Source: Alphaproteobacteria bacterium (lineage in GTDB: Bacteria > Pseudomonadota > Alphaproteobacteria > RF32 > CAG-239). From it: 64,000 nucleotides of DNA. Made by a program: the position numbers and the translations under genes. This document shows, piece after piece, positions 47,677-57,882 of this stretch. The stretch spans positions 8,149 to 72,148 of the forward strand of contig JAFUEX010000012.1 of the NCBI GenBank assembly GCA_017470165.1. Reading direction: 5' to 3'. Under the pieces are notes generated by a model. The model was given only the letters and a program-made list of their open reading frames with translations. It was not told where the DNA came from and searched no databases. The stretch's first letter is position 1, and every line of letters starts with the position of its first letter.

Positions 47677-50600
47677 TTAGTGCAAAAGCTCGGCAATTTT
47701 GCTGATATATTGCTTGATGGTGCGCACTCTGGTTTCATAAGATGAGAAATCACCGGCTATGAGCAACCGCTGGTCGGGACGGATTTTGATGGCACCGAAT
47801 GATTTGTTAATCATTGCAATCAAGCGCTCGGGATAAGCAAATGTATTGTTGTGAAAACCCAGCAATATACCCTTGGCTCCGGCGTTAATTCTATCAATAC
47901 CGCACTGTTGGCAAATAATTTTTATTTCTACCACGGTTAAAAGGTTGGACACCTCAAGCGGCAGCTGACCGAAACGGTCAATCAGTTCTTCTTTCATATC
48001 ATCAACCGCAGCGAAATTATCAATATCGCCGATGCGTTTATAAAGCCCCAAACGCAGTCCCAAATCCCCGACGTAGCTTTCGGGAATAAGGATGGGAATA
48101 CCGATGGCAATTTGCGGCGCCCAATCATCTTTGGGAGCGGCAGCGGTATGCGAATTTTCGGCCTTGAGGCGAGCAATTTCTTCTTCCAGCATATGCTGAT
48201 AAAGCGAGATGCCGACATCTTTGATATGACCGGATTGCTCTTCACCCAAAAGATTGCCCGAGCCGCGCAAATCCATATCATAGCTGGCCAAAGAAAATCC
48301 GGCGCCCAGCGAATCCAAAGATTGTAAAATTTGCAGTCTTTTTTGCGCCAAATCACGCAGACGATGGTTTTTCTGAACGGTAAAATAAGCATAACCGCGG
48401 ATTTTTGAGCGGCCGATGCGCCCTTTGAGCTGATAAAGCTGTGCCAATCCGAACATATCCGCGCGGTGAATAATCATAGTATTAACCCGCGGCATATCAA
48501 TGCCGGATTCAATAATGGTAGTCGAGAGCAAAATATCACCGCTGCCGGAGGCAAAATCGCTCATTACATCTTCAAGATGCGATGGCGACATCTGCCCATG
48601 GGCCACCAAAACCTTGACATCAGGCACCATCTCGCTTAATACGCGCTCAACCTCCGGAATGTCAGCGATTTTGGGGCAAACATAAAAGGTTTGGCCGCCG
48701 CGATGTTTTTCGCGCAAAATGGCCTCTTTTATCATCACCTTGTCAAAGGGAAGCACAAACGAGCGTGCTGCCAAACGGTCGACCGGCGGGGTGGCTATCA
48801 CGCTGAGTTGTTTAACTCCGGTCAAACTCAACTGCAAAGTCCGCGGTATAGGGGTTGCGGTCAAGGTCAGAACATGGACACCGTTTTTAAGAGTTTTGAG
48901 TTTTTCTTTGTGCGCCACGCCAAAATGCTGCTCTTCATCAATAATCAGCAATCCCAAATTACCAAACTCCACCTTTTGCGACAACAAAGCATGGGTTCCT
49001 ATAACAACATCAACCGCGCCGGATTTGAGGCCTTGGATGACCTCGGCGCTTTCTTTAGCGGTAACCAACCGTGAGAGCATCCGAATATTAATCGGAAAAC
49101 CGGCAAATCTCTGGCAAAAATTTTGATAATGTTGCCGCGCCAGCAAGGTGGTCGGTACAATAACCGCCACCTGAGCACCGGATGAAGCAACCACAAAGGC
49201 TGCCCGCATAGCCACTTCGGTTTTGCCAAAGCCGACATCTCCGCAGATAAGCCGGTCCATCGGCCTGCCCTGCTCCAAATCGGAGATAACATCAGCGATG
49301 GCATTGAGTTGGTCGTCGGTTTCGCTGTAAGGAAAACGCGCACAAAAATCACCGTATAATCCGGCAACCGGCGAAAATATTTCAGCTTTTTGCAACTGAC
49401 GAGCGGCGGCTATTTTGATTAATTTTTCGGCCATATCGTGAATTTTGTTTTTTACCCGAGCCTTTTTCAGGCTCCATGCCGTGCCGCCCAGCTCATCAAG
49501 CTCGACCTGAGCATTGTCATTGCCATAGCGCGACAACACATTGATGTTTTCAACCGGCACAAACAATTTGGAGTTTTTGGCATATTCGATTTTGAGACAA
49601 TCGTGCGGCGCCCCGTCCACCACCAAAGTCTCGAGTCCGACAAACCGCCCCAAGCCGTGCTCAATGTGCACCACCAATTCACCGGAAGTAAGAGTTGAAA
49701 TGTCAGCGATAAAATTAGCGGAAGAATACTTTTTCTGCTTGTGACGGTCGATTTTTTCACCCAAAATATCAGCCTCGGCCACCAAACAAATCCCCTGCCC
49801 TTTGAAACCGTGCTCAAACGGTGCGGTTATCAAAGCGATGTGCTTTTTGCCGCAAACGCAAGCCTCATCCCAGCTGTCTATAGAAACCAAATCGGTGATA
49901 GCGTGCTCTTGGAGCAGCGACTTGATCCGCTCGCGACTGCCGGCCGAATAACAGGAAATTATGCGCACGGATGAGGTGTTGGCCTGCAAAAACTGCTGCA
50001 AATCCTGATAAACCTGCTGCAAAGCAATGTTTTTTATTCCGGCAAACAGGCGCATCGGCACAAATCCGTAGTCACAGACCGCATCTGAGGCCGGTAAGTT
50101 GAGCGAGGTAAAAGAGACAGAATTTTTGCGCTGCAGTAATTGTGAAAAATCTTCTTCGGACAGATACAATAACTCGGGCGCAACCGGACGATAGACCTCG
50201 CCTTCCGCCGAGGGTTTTATCTCCAAGTCCTGCAAACGTGCAGTATAATAATCGGCGATGCTTTCGGTTTTGGATTTAAGTGCATCAAGCAAATTTTCGG
50301 CAGTGATAATATGCGCTTGAGGCAAATAATCAAACAAGCTCACCAACTGATTATTATAGAAAAACGGTAGCCAATTTTCCATACCGATATATTTATGCTT
50401 TTCGGAAACAGCGGCATAAATCTCGTCATTATTGGCCTCGGCTCCGAAAGCCTCGCGATAACAACCGCGAAAAGCAGCCACTGCCTTATCATCCAGCACG
50501 ACCTCGCTGACCACACGGAAACAATAACTGTCCAACACTCCGCTGGTGCGTTGGGTCATCACGTCAAAAGTGCGGATACGCTCAACCTCGTCATCAAACA

Positions 50601-51147
50601 AATCTATACGCAGCGGTTCTTTAGTGCCGATGGGAAAAATATCGATAATATCACCCCTGACGGCATATTCTCCCGCCTCAAACACCTGTTCGGTGCGAGT
50701 GTAGCCGTTGATGGACGCATAATGCAAAAACTCACCAAACTCCAGCTTCTGCCCGACTTTTATCTCGCGGATGGCATTAAGAAACACTTTTTTGGGGGGC
50801 AATTTTTGAAGAGCGGCGCCCAATGAGGTAACAATAATCCGACTATGTTTGACGGTTGGGCATAATGCCAGCTGCGATAAGGTTTCCACTCGCTTGGCGA
50901 TAATGTCGGAATTAGGCGAGGTGCGGTCGTAGGGCACGGTGTCCCATGCCGGAAAACGCAGTACCTCAAGTGTGGGGTACATATATTCCAACAAATCGGA
51001 CATAAGCGACAACTCTACCCCCGAAGAGGCAATATAAATTATGTCGCTTAAAGATGATTGGGCTAATTTACCCAGCACAAAAGCGCCGCTTTCTTTGGAA
51101 AGTGACGAAAACGTCCGGTAAGACAATTGTTCAATATTATACTGCAT
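47677..51147 (-). CDS. mfd: transcription-repair coupling factor
   Basis: 1156 aa with an SF2 helicase core (GDVGFGKTEVA, DEEQHFGV, TATPIPRTL) and a TRG-like region, at Mfd length. Confidence 0.95.
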   Translation of the reverse strand: MQYNIEQLSYRTFSSLSKESGAFVLGKLAQSSLSDIIYIASSGVELSLMSDLLEYMYPTLEVLRFPAWDTVPYDRTSPNSDIIAKRVETLSQLALCPTVKHSRIIVTSLGAALQKLPPKKVFLNAIREIKVGQKLEFGEFLHYASINGYTRTEQVFEAGEYAVRGDIIDIFPIGTKEPLRIDLFDDEVERIRTFDVMTQRTSGVLDSYCFRVVSEVVLDDKAVAAFRGCYREAFGAEANNDEIYAAVSEKHKYIGMENWLPFFYNNQLVSLFDYLPQAHIITAENLLDALKSKTESIADYYTARLQDLEIKPSAEGEVYRPVAPELLYLSEEDFSQLLQRKNSVSFTSLNLPASDAVCDYGFVPMRLFAGIKNIALQQVYQDLQQFLQANTSSVRIISCYSAGSRERIKSLLQEHAITDLVSIDSWDEACVCGKKHIALITAPFEHGFKGQGICLVAEADILGEKIDRHKQKKYSSANFIADISTLTSGELVVHIEHGLGRFVGLETLVVDGAPHDCLKIEYAKNSKLFVPVENINVLSRYGNDNAQVELDELGGTAWSLKKARVKNKIHDMAEKLIKIAAARQLQKAEIFSPVAGLYGDFCARFPYSETDDQLNAIADVISDLEQGRPMDRLICGDVGFGKTEVAMRAAFVVASSGAQVAVIVPTTLLARQHYQNFCQRFAGFPINIRMLSRLVTAKESAEVIQGLKSGAVDVVIGTHALLSQKVEFGNLGLLIIDEEQHFGVAHKEKLKTLKNGVHVLTLTATPIPRTLQLSLTGVKQLSVIATPPVDRLAARSFVLPFDKVMIKEAILREKHRGGQTFYVCPKIADIPEVERVLSEMVPDVKVLVAHGQMSPSHLEDVMSDFASGSGDILLSTTIIESGIDMPRVNTMIIHRADMFGLAQLYQLKGRIGRSKIRGYAYFTVQKNHRLRDLAQKRLQILQSLDSLGAGFSLASYDMDLRGSGNLLGEEQSGHIKDVGISLYQHMLEEEIARLKAENSHTAAAPKDDWAPQIAIGIPILIPESYVGDLGLRLGLYKRIGDIDNFAAVDDMKEELIDRFGQLPLEVSNLLTVVEIKIICQQCGIDRINAGAKGILLGFHNNTFAYPERLIAMINKSFGAIKIRPDQRLLIAGDFSSYETRVRTIKQYISKIAELLH

Positions 51148-51239
51148 TATTCATTTCTTTGAGTTTACAACTGCGCAAAAGTATATATAATTTGATACTA
51201 AATGCAAGTTGTTTATTTGTTATATGGAGCCTGAAATTT

Positions 51240-53321
51240 ATGCGTCCAGAAGTATTATATCCGCTGTTTAGCGATATCGCAAGCCTGCGCGGTGTCGGAC
51301 CCAAGAGTTTGGCTTATATCCAAAACCTAGTCGGGGGAAGATATATTGCAGATTTGTTGTTTCATCTGCCAAGTGGAGTAATTGACCGCAGCTATCGCCC
51401 CAAGCTGCGCGATGCCGAAACGGGTAGAATTTGCACCGTCAAAGTACGGATTGTTGAGCATATCGCACCCAAAACTTCTAAACAACCCTATCGGGTGATT
51501 GTCGAAGATGACACCGAACAGCTGACATTGGTGTTTTTCAAAGTGTATGCCGCCTCGATTGCCAAAAATTTGCCGGTCGGCGCGCTAAAGATTGTTAGCG
51601 GCAAACTGGAGAGTTTTAACGGACAATTGCAAATGACGCATCCGGATATTATCGCCGATGAGAAAGATGAAGAAAACCGGAGCGCTTTTGAGCCGGTATA
51701 TCCTCTGACCGCAGGGGTGAGCAACAAAATGATGCGCAAATATATCGAGCAAGCCTTGGCGTTGGTACCCAAACTGCCGGAGTGGGATGACGGCGAGCTG
51801 GTTAAACGGCAAGAATGGACGAGCTTTCGCGAATCGTTAATCAGAGCGCATCATCCGCAAAACCTGAATGATACCCTGCCTAAAGCCAAAGCGCGGGCAA
51901 GGCTGGCTTATGATGAGCTTCTGGCTAATCAGCTAACTTTGGCAATGCTGAGAGAGCGCAACCGCGAAGAGGGCGGAAAAATAATTGCCGGTGACGGACA
52001 TTTGCGGCAAAAGGTGATGCAGGGCTTGGGATTTGAGCTGACCGATGCACAAAAAAAGGTTTTGGAGGAGATATATGCCAATCAAGCGCAGCCCCGCAAA
52101 ATGCTGCGACTGCTGCAAGGCGATGTGGGTGCCGGCAAAACGATTGTGGCGGCTTTGGCAATGCTCAATGCTATAGAGGCCAAAACTCAAGCGGCTTTGA
52201 TGGTTCCGACCGAGATTTTGGCTAATCAGCATTTTGAGAGCTTGAAAGAAATGTGCCGCGATTGTGAGGTAAATATCGCACTGTTGAGCGGCAAAACTAA
52301 GAGCAAAGAGCGACGCGAAATTTTGGCCGGTTTAGCAGCCGGAGAGATTGATATTATTGTCGGTACTCACGCCTTGTTTTCAGATGAGGTGAAATATAAA
52401 AACCTCGCTTTGGCAGTGGTGGATGAACAACATCGTTTTGGAGTACAGCAACGGCTTAAACTCTCGCAAAAAAGCCCTGATTGCGATGTGTTGGTGATGA
52501 CGGCAACCCCAATTCCCCGCACACTGGTTTTGAGTGCTTACGGTGATATGGATTATTCTGTGATTAATCAACTGCCTAAAGGACGCAAGCCGGTGGATAC
52601 CCGAGTGTTGCCGCTAAGCAAGCTGACAGAAGTGGTGGAAGGCCTGCAACGCCTGATTGAGCAAGGGGTGATGGCTTATTGGGTTTGTCCGCTGGTGGAG
52701 GCCAGTGAGAAGTCGGATTTGGCGGCAGCCGAGGCAAGGTTTGCCGATTTGGCTCAGATTTTCGGCGACAAAGTCGGACTGGTGCACGGCAAGATGAAAG
52801 AAAACGAAAAAAATGCGGTTATGTCCAAGTTTAAGGTCGGTGAAATCAGGTTGCTGGTGGCCACTACGGTGATTGAGGTCGGGGTTAATGTGCCTCAAGC
52901 AACCGTGATGATTATTGAGCACGCCGAGAGGTTTGGTTTGGCGCAACTGCACCAATTGCGAGGACGAGTAAAACGCGGTAATCAAGCGGCGCGTTGTTTG
53001 CTGGTTTATGGCGGCAATCTAAGTCAGACGGCCTACGAACGACTGATGATTATGAAAAAAAGCGAGGATGGGTTCGAAATTGCCGAAAAAGATTTGGAAC
53101 TGCGCGGCGGCGGCGAGATTTTGGGTACTCGCCAAAGCGGTTTTGAAAATTTCAGGCTGGCGGATATGGAATATCATCGGCAACTTCTGGAGATTGCCAA
53201 TAAAGATGCCAAATTGATTATAAACAAAGACCCGCATCTGCTTTCAAAGCGCGGAGGGGGCTTGCGCACCCTGCTCTATTTGTTCGAAAAAGAAAACAGT
53301 TTTCAAAATTATAAAGCCTGA
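51240..53321 (+). CDS. recG: ATP-dependent DNA helicase RecG
   Basis: MRPEVLYPLFSDIASLRGVGPK matches the RecG N-terminus. The helicase motifs are GDVGAGKT, DEQHRFGV and TATPIPRTL. I prefer the ATG at 51240 over the ORF-track start at 51054, which would overlap mfd. Confidence 0.95.
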   Translation: MRPEVLYPLFSDIASLRGVGPKSLAYIQNLVGGRYIADLLFHLPSGVIDRSYRPKLRDAETGRICTVKVRIVEHIAPKTSKQPYRVIVEDDTEQLTLVFFKVYAASIAKNLPVGALKIVSGKLESFNGQLQMTHPDIIADEKDEENRSAFEPVYPLTAGVSNKMMRKYIEQALALVPKLPEWDDGELVKRQEWTSFRESLIRAHHPQNLNDTLPKAKARARLAYDELLANQLTLAMLRERNREEGGKIIAGDGHLRQKVMQGLGFELTDAQKKVLEEIYANQAQPRKMLRLLQGDVGAGKTIVAALAMLNAIEAKTQAALMVPTEILANQHFESLKEMCRDCEVNIALLSGKTKSKERREILAGLAAGEIDIIVGTHALFSDEVKYKNLALAVVDEQHRFGVQQRLKLSQKSPDCDVLVMTATPIPRTLVLSAYGDMDYSVINQLPKGRKPVDTRVLPLSKLTEVVEGLQRLIEQGVMAYWVCPLVEASEKSDLAAAEARFADLAQIFGDKVGLVHGKMKENEKNAVMSKFKVGEIRLLVATTVIEVGVNVPQATVMIIEHAERFGLAQLHQLRGRVKRGNQAARCLLVYGGNLSQTAYERLMIMKKSEDGFEIAEKDLELRGGGEILGTRQSGFENFRLADMEYHRQLLEIANKDAKLIINKDPHLLSKRGGGLRTLLYLFEKENSFQNYKA

Positions 53322-53331
53322 ATTTTTGAGC

Positions 53332-53718
53332 CTAGATGTCGTCCAATTTGCGAGTGAGATAATCCAGTTTTTCGGAAGAGAGTTTGCGGTTGGCAATTAT
53401 CTCGGCAAAAATCGCACGAATTGCCGGAGCATATTTGCGCCGCACTTTGGCAATCGAGGCCAAATGATTGGCAGCAGCCTTAAATATTTGATCTTCTTCG
53501 GCCAAAAGCTGTGCCGAAAGCTCCAAATAAGGCGCGGTATAGGTGTTGTGCTTGATATGCGAACTGCGAAAATGAGCATCTTTTTGGATGGTGACCGCCT
53601 CGGCCTCCGAGATGTTTTCATCGCGCAGTTTGGCCTTGGGCGAGCTTAAAAACCGCCGTTTGGTCTTGGCCATAATGTTTTTTAACTTAGCGATAACCGA
53701 TGTTTTTGCAACAACCAT
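53332..53718 (-). CDS. hypothetical basic helical protein (128 aa)
   Basis: ORF track entry. No family recognised. The start may be the internal MAKTKRRF. Confidence 0.5.
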   Translation of the reverse strand: MVVAKTSVIAKLKNIMAKTKRRFLSSPKAKLRDENISEAEAVTIQKDAHFRSSHIKHNTYTAPYLELSAQLLAEEDQIFKAAANHLASIAKVRRKYAPAIRAIFAEIIANRKLSSEKLDYLTRKLDDI

Positions 53719-53864
53719 TTGTTTACCCCGTATTTGTATTAAGCTGTTTGTCGGTTAAGATAACAAATAAAATATACCTTTACAAGTAAAATATTAGCCT
53801 TGACCTTAGAGTTTGATAACTTTAAGATTAGCTTATTAAGAAAATCAGCAAACTGGAAAAAATA

Positions 53865-54812
53865 ATGGAACTGTTTAAGAAAGAAAAACAAGGCAACTTG
53901 CGCAAGCTGACAATTTTGGGCAAGAGCTTTACTTATACCAAACGAGCCAAGATGCCGCCGCATATCAACCGCGAGCAGTTGGATGAAAAAATCGCCGCTT
54001 TTGACGGTATCGGTATTAATGCCGACAAACGTAAGCAAAAACTGATTGTGTCACTGGCATCTTTTCCGCCGAGGATGGGGGAAATTCATTATACGTTATA
54101 CTCGCTGCTAAATCAGAGCCTGAAGCCTGATGAGGTGGTGCTGTGGCTGTGCACCGACGAGTTTCCCAATCGCGAAAAAGATATTCCGCAAAAGGTGCTT
54201 GATTTGCAAAAAAACGGCCTGACCATCAGATGGTCGGAGGCTTATCTGCGCTCGTATACCAAACTGGTGCCATCAATGGGGGAGTTCAGTGATGCGGTGA
54301 TTGTCACTTCGGATGATGATATTTATTATCCGGCGGATTGGCTGGAACGGCTGTATAAACAGCATCTGAAGCATCCCAAAGATGTTATTTGCCATCGCTG
54401 TCACAGGGTAAAAATCAACAAGGACGGGACGGTTGCGCCTTATTCAAAATGGCCGCACAATGTTACGGCGCCCAAGCCGAGTTTTGCCAACTTTGCCACC
54501 GGTGTGGGCGGGGTGCTCTATCCGCCGCATTGTATGTACAAAGAGGTTAACAATATTGAGTTGTTTAAACAACTGGCGCCTTATGCTGATGATATTTGGT
54601 TTTGGGCGATGGAAGTTCTGGGAGGCACTAAGGTGCGCAGTTTTTGGGGAAGGATGCGTAAGCTGATACTGGTAAACCCCGAGCGTGAGATGCGTGCCGA
54701 CAACGAGATGACGCTGGCCAAAATCAACATCGCACAAGACGGCAACAACAAGCAGATGCGGCAGGTGCTGGAACATTATCCGCAGATTTTGGAAAAACTG
54801 AAAAATGAATAA
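53865..54812 (+). CDS. putative glycosyltransferase (GT-A-like, DDD motif)
   Basis: The pattern SLASFPPRM...LNQSLKPDEVVLWL...IVTSDDDIYYP is typical of polysaccharide glycosyltransferases. The family assignment is uncertain. Confidence 0.6.
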   Translation: MELFKKEKQGNLRKLTILGKSFTYTKRAKMPPHINREQLDEKIAAFDGIGINADKRKQKLIVSLASFPPRMGEIHYTLYSLLNQSLKPDEVVLWLCTDEFPNREKDIPQKVLDLQKNGLTIRWSEAYLRSYTKLVPSMGEFSDAVIVTSDDDIYYPADWLERLYKQHLKHPKDVICHRCHRVKINKDGTVAPYSKWPHNVTAPKPSFANFATGVGGVLYPPHCMYKEVNNIELFKQLAPYADDIWFWAMEVLGGTKVRSFWGRMRKLILVNPEREMRADNEMTLAKINIAQDGNNKQMRQVLEHYPQILEKLKNE

Positions 54813-55635
54813 GCGCAAATTGATTATAGCCGTTGCGGCGGTGATGCTGGCGGCTTATGCTTCTTTTTGCGCAGCCGTGCGGCTGAAGCCCCAATGGTTT
54901 TTCTATAACCCTGATGTAACAAAAGCTGACATCAACCAGCCGCTGTCATATGGGTTAAAGCTGCAAGAGGTGTCCTACACTACCTTTGATGGTCTCAATC
55001 TGTACGGCTGGATAAAAGCGCCGCGCCGCGGACAAAAGATGATAGTTTTTTATCATGGTAACTCACACAACATCGGCAGGTTTTATAATAAGCTGAAACC
55101 TTTGGCAGATGAAGGATATGGGGTGTTTATGCCGGAGTATCGCGGTTTTGGCGGTAATGACGGCGAAATTACTCAGGCCGGCTTTGAGCAAGATGCGCTG
55201 GCGGCGGTTGATTATCTGCACCGGCTGGGATACAAAAATCGGCAGATTGTTTTGTATGGGATGTCGCTGGGGAGCTACACCTCATCTTATGCTGCGGCTA
55301 ATTCTGACGGCGGCAGATTTGCCGGACTGATTTTGGAAGTGCCGTTTGATAGTTTGCTCAATGTGGTGCGACAGCGAATTTGGCCGGTGTTTCCCTTTCA
55401 GCTGCTGATAAAAGACCAATATGACAATCTGCTCAATTTGGCAAAATTGCAAATACCCTTGCTGGTGATGGCTGCCCGAAACGACACCACAGTTCCGCTG
55501 CAGCGGGCACAAGAATTGTTTGCTCAGGCCTTGGAGCCTAAGGAGTTGATAATTTATGACAACGCGGAACATTCCGAGCTGGTTGAACACTCCAACTGGC
55601 GTGATATTTTGCGCTGGCTCAAGCATCTAAAATAA
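54805..55635 (+). CDS. alpha/beta hydrolase
   Basis: It has an N-terminal TM or signal segment, HGNS and the nucleophile elbow GMSLGS, with a late D and H. It overlaps the upstream gene by 8 nt (ATGAATAA). Confidence 0.75.
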   Translation: MNKRKLIIAVAAVMLAAYASFCAAVRLKPQWFFYNPDVTKADINQPLSYGLKLQEVSYTTFDGLNLYGWIKAPRRGQKMIVFYHGNSHNIGRFYNKLKPLADEGYGVFMPEYRGFGGNDGEITQAGFEQDALAAVDYLHRLGYKNRQIVLYGMSLGSYTSSYAAANSDGGRFAGLILEVPFDSLLNVVRQRIWPVFPFQLLIKDQYDNLLNLAKLQIPLLVMAARNDTTVPLQRAQELFAQALEPKELIIYDNAEHSELVEHSNWRDILRWLKHLK

Positions 55636-55653
55636 ATCAACCTCTTGTTATTT

Positions 55654-55689
55654 GAAAAAAAAACTCCGGTATGAATCCGGAGTTTTTTA
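55654..55689. terminator. bidirectional terminator
   Basis: An A-run, then aactccgg-tatgaat-ccggagtt, then a T-run. Confidence 0.7.
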
Positions 55690-55722
55690 TGCAAAGTTCA
55701 ATTTACAAGGCTGATAACTAAA

Positions 55723-56133
55723 TTATTCACCCTTGTTCTCGCTTGAGGTGCCTTCGTTGGCAGCCTTTACCGAAGCGGTCAAATCATCGGCAATACGAGC
55801 CGAACGGCCACGCAAAGCACGCAAGAAATACAACTTGGCACGTCTTACCTTACCGATACGTGCAACCTCGATTTTTGCTACATTCGGCGAATACAGCGGG
55901 AATACTCTTTCAACACCTTCGCCAAACGAAATTTTGCGAACGGTGAAAGATGAGTTTAAGCCATCGTTTTTGCGAGCAATGCAAACGCCCTCATAAACTT
56001 GGATACGCTCTCTGTCACCCTCTTTAACTTTGGTGTGAACTTTTAAGGTATCGCCGGGTTTAAAGTTGGGAAGATTTTTGCCTTCCAACAGCTTTTCCAT
56101 CTGCTCTTTTTCAATATTTTCGATAATATTCAT
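55723..56133 (-). CDS. rplS: 50S ribosomal protein L19
   Basis: It has [32 protein letters not shown]...SFTVRK. Confidence 0.95.
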   Translation of the reverse strand: MNIIENIEKEQMEKLLEGKNLPNFKPGDTLKVHTKVKEGDRERIQVYEGVCIARKNDGLNSSFTVRKISFGEGVERVFPLYSPNVAKIEVARIGKVRRAKLYFLRALRGRSARIADDLTASVKAANEGTSSENKGE

Positions 56134-56182
56134 AGTTTTACCCTTTTCAAATTATCATTTGTGTTAGCTATTACACTAAAAT

Positions 56183-56866
56183 TTATTTAAGTTCAAGATA
56201 TTTTTTCCATAAGTCAGGTCGACGTTGCTGCGTTATCTGTTGTGATTGCACCAAACGCCATTCGTCGATTTTGCGGTGATGCCCCGAAAGCAAAACCTCG
56301 GGTATCATCCTGCCGCGCCAATCAACCGGACGAGTGTATTGCGGATATTCCAAAAGGCCGCTTTCAAAACTCTCGTCTTTAATGGATTCGGCATTACCCA
56401 AAACATCGGGCAACAGCCGCACAATCGCATCAAGCATAATCATCGCTGCCTGCTCGCCTCCGGTCAGTACATAATCGCCAATCGAAATATCCAAAGCGCC
56501 ATATTCTTCCAAAACCCGCTCATCAACACCCTCAAAACGCGAGCATATAATATTCAGCTCGTCTTCTGCGGCTAATTGATGAACCAACTTTTGGTTGAGC
56601 GGCACACCGCGCGGCGACATATTCAGCAATTTTCCGCCGGTGAAATTATGCTTTAAGGTCTCGCCCAAAACATCAGCGCGCATTACCATTCCGGCGCCTC
56701 CGCCCGAGGGGGTGTCATCAACCGAACCGTATTTATCAAAAGCATAATCGCGGATGTTGACAACTTTTAAGCTCCATTTTTCTTCCGCAAGAGCCTTACC
56801 GGTAAGCGATGAAGCTAAAAAACCGGGGAAAACTTCCGGGAGAATAGTGAAAACCTGCGCCCTCAT
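56183..56866 (-). CDS. trmD: tRNA (guanine37-N1)-methyltransferase
   Basis: It has FTILPEVFPG, SPRG and GGEQAAMIMLDAIVRLLP. The start is at 56866 (MRAQVF), or less likely 56878 or 56911. Confidence 0.9.
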   Translation of the reverse strand: MRAQVFTILPEVFPGFLASSLTGKALAEEKWSLKVVNIRDYAFDKYGSVDDTPSGGGAGMVMRADVLGETLKHNFTGGKLLNMSPRGVPLNQKLVHQLAAEDELNIICSRFEGVDERVLEEYGALDISIGDYVLTGGEQAAMIMLDAIVRLLPDVLGNAESIKDESFESGLLEYPQYTRPVDWRGRMIPEVLLSGHHRKIDEWRLVQSQQITQQRRPDLWKKYLELK

Positions 56867-56867
56867 C

Positions 56868-57386
56868 TTAAGCGTCATCTCCTTGAGGCTGATAAGTCGG
56901 CATTTCAACAATAATATAACCGTCTTTAATATTCACGACCGGAACAAAACTGCGGTTAAACGGCAGCATTTCCAAGGTACCGTCGAGCATTTTCAACTCC
57001 AAAATATCGCCGGCGCCAAAATTATAAATCGCATTTACCACTCCGATAGTCTCACCTGTGGTATTATCCGCCCGCAGGTCGATTAAATCAGCGTGATAAA
57101 ACTCCTCCTCCTGCAAAGATGGAAGTTTGTCTTTGGCGACATAAAGTCCGATACCGACATAAGTCTCGGCTTGCGTGCGGTCGGTTACGCCGTCAATTTT
57201 GGCTCTGAGCAAGTCTTTTGCGTGTCCAACCACCCGAATGGTAAAGGTTTTGTCGCCTTGTTCATTGCTCAAAGCACCATAGGCCGTTAAATGTTTTTCG
57301 TCAGAACAAAAACATTTAATCTTAACCTCGCCCTTGATGCCGTGAACTCCGACAATCGCGCCCAAACAAACCTTATCTTGTGCCAT
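56868..57386 (-). CDS. rimM: 16S rRNA processing protein RimM
   Basis: It has G.IVGVHGIKGEVKI and a PRC-barrel C-terminus, in the conserved operon position. Confidence 0.9.
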   Translation of the reverse strand: MAQDKVCLGAIVGVHGIKGEVKIKCFCSDEKHLTAYGALSNEQGDKTFTIRVVGHAKDLLRAKIDGVTDRTQAETYVGIGLYVAKDKLPSLQEEEFYHADLIDLRADNTTGETIGVVNAIYNFGAGDILELKMLDGTLEMLPFNRSFVPVVNIKDGYIIVEMPTYQPQGDDA

Positions 57387-57427
57387 TGGTCCGATACATT
57401 CCTGACAATTGGTTAAAACAACACAAC

Positions 57428-57832
57428 TTAAGCCGAAGCACTCTCATCGGCCGAAGCGGCTGCAGCAGCTTCCGCGGCAGCTTCAGCAGCAGCCTTGGCT
57501 TTCTCTTCTTTTTCTTTGATGCGCTCTAAGGCCTTGGCTTTCAATGCCGACTTCTTGGGCTGAGCCGGAATAACCGGAGCTTTAACCAAACCCAAAGTTG
57601 ACAGCAATTTTTCCAATCTTTCGGTGGGTTGAGCGCCCTGCGACAACCAATATTTTATACGCTCTTCGTTTACAACAAAACGTTGAGCATTATCTTGAGG
57701 CAGCATCGGGTTGTAGGAGCCCAATCTTTCAATAAAACGACCGTCGCGAGGAGCTCTGCTGTCGGCAGCAACTACTCTATAGAACGGACGCTTTTTGGAA
57801 CCGCCGCGAGACAATCTGATACGTACTGACAT
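57428..57832 (-). CDS. rpsP: 30S ribosomal protein S16 with an Ala/Lys-rich C-terminal extension
   Basis: [35 protein letters not shown]. Confidence 0.95.
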   Translation of the reverse strand: MSVRIRLSRGGSKKRPFYRVVAADSRAPRDGRFIERLGSYNPMLPQDNAQRFVVNEERIKYWLSQGAQPTERLEKLLSTLGLVKAPVIPAQPKKSALKAKALERIKEKEEKAKAAAEAAAEAAAAASADESASA

Positions 57833-57882
57833 TTATTTTCCTTTCGTTGTTAAAATTTTTATTATGGCAAACCCGCTTTCGG

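Noticed and set aside
51054-51239. N-terminal ORF extensions suggested by the track: recG from 51054, hisS from 8638, rnfD from 36382, rnfE from 34762 and the histidine phosphatase from 27055. The same applies to trmD from 56911, cobB from 28449 and murD from 3888.
   Set aside because: The family-typical N-termini begin at internal ATGs. Several extensions would overlap the neighbouring gene substantially or use TTG without an SD.
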